DNA of 64,000 nucleotides from Alphaproteobacteria bacterium (GTDB lineage Bacteria; Pseudomonadota; Alphaproteobacteria; JAUHZC01): NCBI GenBank assembly GCA_030425805.1, contig JAUHZC010000002.1, positions 159,020 to 223,019 of the forward strand, read 5' to 3'. Shown piece by piece: positions 62,055 to 64,000 of this stretch (position 1 is its first letter; each line of letters starts with the position of its first letter). The notes under the pieces were generated by a model. It saw only the letters and a program-made list of their open reading frames with translations, ran no database searches and was not told where the DNA came from. The position numbers and the translations under genes were made by a program.

Positions 62055-63947
62055 ATGAGCTTATTTCGGATCCTCTTTTTTGTTTGTATTTTGATGCAAA
62101 ACGGATATTCTGCCGAACCTCCCCATGACAGCTCTAGCGCTCGACATCTTGCTGCAGCAGAGACAACAGAGAGGGCTTTGGCTAGCTTACCACCTCTATC
62201 AGCTCTTGGGGGCGCCCGGCTCCCCTCTACCACCCCACACGCTCTAGCAATACGTGGAAAACGAGGGAGAGACGGGGATCCCCTTCTTAAACTCCCACAC
62301 GAGGCAAGAGATCAACGTGGGTGTGATCGCAGGAGACGCTTTACAAGGTCTCAAGGCGCTGATTCTGAAGAAGACGAAGATGGATCTCCTGATACAAACT
62401 CTGGTGGCTCTGGAGCAGAAAGTTTAGGTTCTGATGGAGAAGACAGCCCTGGCGCTGTAAGCCTTGCTAGCCATACTCGCCTTGCTCAACTTGGCATAAC
62501 AGCGGGGGGTGCACGCCATCGCCCCCGGATTGCTGCTGAGGACGATAATGAAGGCTCTCGATATACATCTGATGATGATGACGAGGAAGAGGAAGAAGAA
62601 GAAGAAGAAGAAGAAGGCAGGAGCAGCCGTAGGAGAAGGGGCATGCGCTCTTCAGCCGCTCATGCTTCAGCAGCCAGGCGTAGATATAGATTAAGAGCAG
62701 GCAGCCGCCGGCTTATCGCTGCTGCCGCTGAAGACGATGATGATGATGATGACGACTTCGGTGGCCTTGCACAACCGGGTATATCTGACGATGAAGAAGA
62801 AGAAGAAGAAGAAGAAGAGGAAGAGGGAAGATTAACCCCTCCTACTGCTGCAAGTGTTTCTTCAGCTGCCGCGCTTGGCGCAACAACAGATGAGACTCTT
62901 GTTGCCTCAGCCAAATCTTCTGATGATGTTGACTTCACAGAAACTCGAATGGTAACAGTCACCATAGATGGCAAGGAAATCAAAGAAGAAGCACATATTA
63001 TCTATGTTGTAGACTTTGAAACAAGTTATGTTGGAGGCTCCTTCTCAAAGACCCATACAATTGTACAAGTCGGAGGGTGCCTCATATATTTCTTCAAGAG
63101 CGGCAGAAAACCGCACTGCCAACGCTTGGTTTCTCGATACTGCAGGCCCTATGGTACTTTTGCTCCTGCTCACTTTGCACGCATTGCAGCAAAACTTGGC
63201 CTTACACCTGAGCAACTTGCCGAGAAGCCACTCTTTCATGAAGATTTACCTCATTTTGTAGGAATTCTAACCGGTGTCCACAAAGTTGCATGCTGGACGG
63301 GAGCAGATGCTGGATTCTACCGCGCAACGATGGCTGAGGCCGAACGACTTTTTGGGGCCGCTGTTCCTGAAATACCTGCCGAAGCTGACGCTAAAATGCG
63401 TGGAGCTTCAGACTGGATGCGACGCTATATGGAAGTGACAGCTGGAAATAAAAAGTACCGCACACCGAAAAGGCATACCCTCATTGCACGCAGGAGGGCG
63501 GAGCGTGAAGCCAGAAAGGCTAGAGCAGAAGCACGACGTGCTGCCCTTGCTGCTGAAGAAGCGGCCAAGGAGAAAGCCCGACAAGAAGCCTCTTCAGCTG
63601 CAACTGTTCCTGCGGCTGTCGCAGCCGATGAAGGGGATGACCTCACTCCTCCCCCTTCTCTACCCCGTTCCCAACCTCACCGGGAGTCCCGCCCCCCTGC
63701 TGGTGCTTTTGTAGGCATGACAGCTCCTGCTTCACAAGGAAGGGGGCGCAAAAAAGGAGGCATAGGCCTTGGTGTAGCTGCTGCAAGAGCTGGAATTAAA
63801 ACATGGGAAGATGTATTTGGATCACGTCTTACTCGACCCGATTCATTAGCAGGATTAGGAGGTGAGCTTCGTTGGCATAGCGCAGATGCAGATGCAGCAG
63901 CGACTGCAGCAATTATAGCAGGATTGGGCTACAACCCCTTTGTATAA
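62055..63947 (+). CDS. hypothetical secreted low-complexity protein with poly-Glu/poly-Asp runs and a degenerate DnaQ-like (DFETS) central domain
   Basis: ATG at 62055 (TTG at 62046 possible). Signal peptide MSLFRILFFVCILMQNGYSA. Runs EEEEEEEEEEEEGR occur twice and DDDDDDDD once. The central region YVVDFETS...VACWTGADAGF follows the pattern of exonuclease Exo I and Exo II motifs. Preceded by a 300-bp AT-rich leader. Confidence 0.55.
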   Translation: MSLFRILFFVCILMQNGYSAEPPHDSSSARHLAAAETTERALASLPPLSALGGARLPSTTPHALAIRGKRGRDGDPLLKLPHEARDQRGCDRRRRFTRSQGADSEEDEDGSPDTNSGGSGAESLGSDGEDSPGAVSLASHTRLAQLGITAGGARHRPRIAAEDDNEGSRYTSDDDDEEEEEEEEEEEGRSSRRRRGMRSSAAHASAARRRYRLRAGSRRLIAAAAEDDDDDDDDFGGLAQPGISDDEEEEEEEEEEEGRLTPPTAASVSSAAALGATTDETLVASAKSSDDVDFTETRMVTVTIDGKEIKEEAHIIYVVDFETSYVGGSFSKTHTIVQVGGCLIYFFKSGRKPHCQRLVSRYCRPYGTFAPAHFARIAAKLGLTPEQLAEKPLFHEDLPHFVGILTGVHKVACWTGADAGFYRATMAEAERLFGAAVPEIPAEADAKMRGASDWMRRYMEVTAGNKKYRTPKRHTLIARRRAEREARKARAEARRAALAAEEAAKEKARQEASSAATVPAAVAADEGDDLTPPPSLPRSQPHRESRPPAGAFVGMTAPASQGRGRKKGGIGLGVAAARAGIKTWEDVFGSRLTRPDSLAGLGGELRWHSADADAAATAAIIAGLGYNPFV

Positions 63948-64000
63948 TCCCCTTGATCCCCTTTTGAAAACACTCTAGGTTTGGCCTAGTTTTTTCAAGA

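Overview
This 64 kb window is a chromosome segment from an alphaproteobacterium. From gene content, order and the eukaryote-like accessory genes, it is most plausibly an obligate intracellular, Rickettsiales/Holosporales-like bacterium associated with amoebae or other protists; this is an inference. The conserved backbone consists of the fabD 3' end plus fabG; prs–rplY; a polar amino-acid ABC transporter (binding protein, permease, ATPase); the F1 ATP synthase operon atpHAGDC; a membrane H+-pyrophosphatase; ftsB; ogt; mscS; RNase J; birA; the complete 14-gene nuoABCDEFGHIJKLMN operon on the minus strand preceded by tRNA-Asp; a DJ-1/PfpI protein; gltX; and sppA. Between these sit accessory genes that are atypical for a free-living alphaproteobacterium. 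(1) A roughly 1100-aa NB-ARC (APAF-1/R-protein type STAND NTPase) plus TPR protein with an N-terminal LuxR-like HTH and a hydrophobic segment. (2) A roughly 1200-aa secreted protein with LRR-like repeats, OTU/papain-like Cys and His motifs and a Cys-rich C-terminal tail. (3) At least five further signal-peptide proteins carrying long homopolymeric Ser/Ala/Glu/Asp or Gln/Tyr tracts and tandem peptide repeats, each preceded by an AT-rich leader. (4) An orphan sodium:solute-symporter-domain histidine kinase. (5) A MerR regulator overlapping a secreted HAD-like hydrolase. Structural oddities are a 285-bp direct duplication of the gltX 3' end bracketing a single secreted-protein gene, which looks like the footprint of site-specific insertion; a cluster of ATTCCGG...CCGGAAT palindromic hairpins directly after fabG where acpP normally sits; a dispersed roughly 60-bp repeat family at three loci; and a duplicated GGGGCC-GAR-GCCCC terminator module. 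No CRISPR array, rRNA, transposase or integrase gene was recognised. All calls are from reading the sequence and ORF translations; no database searches were run.
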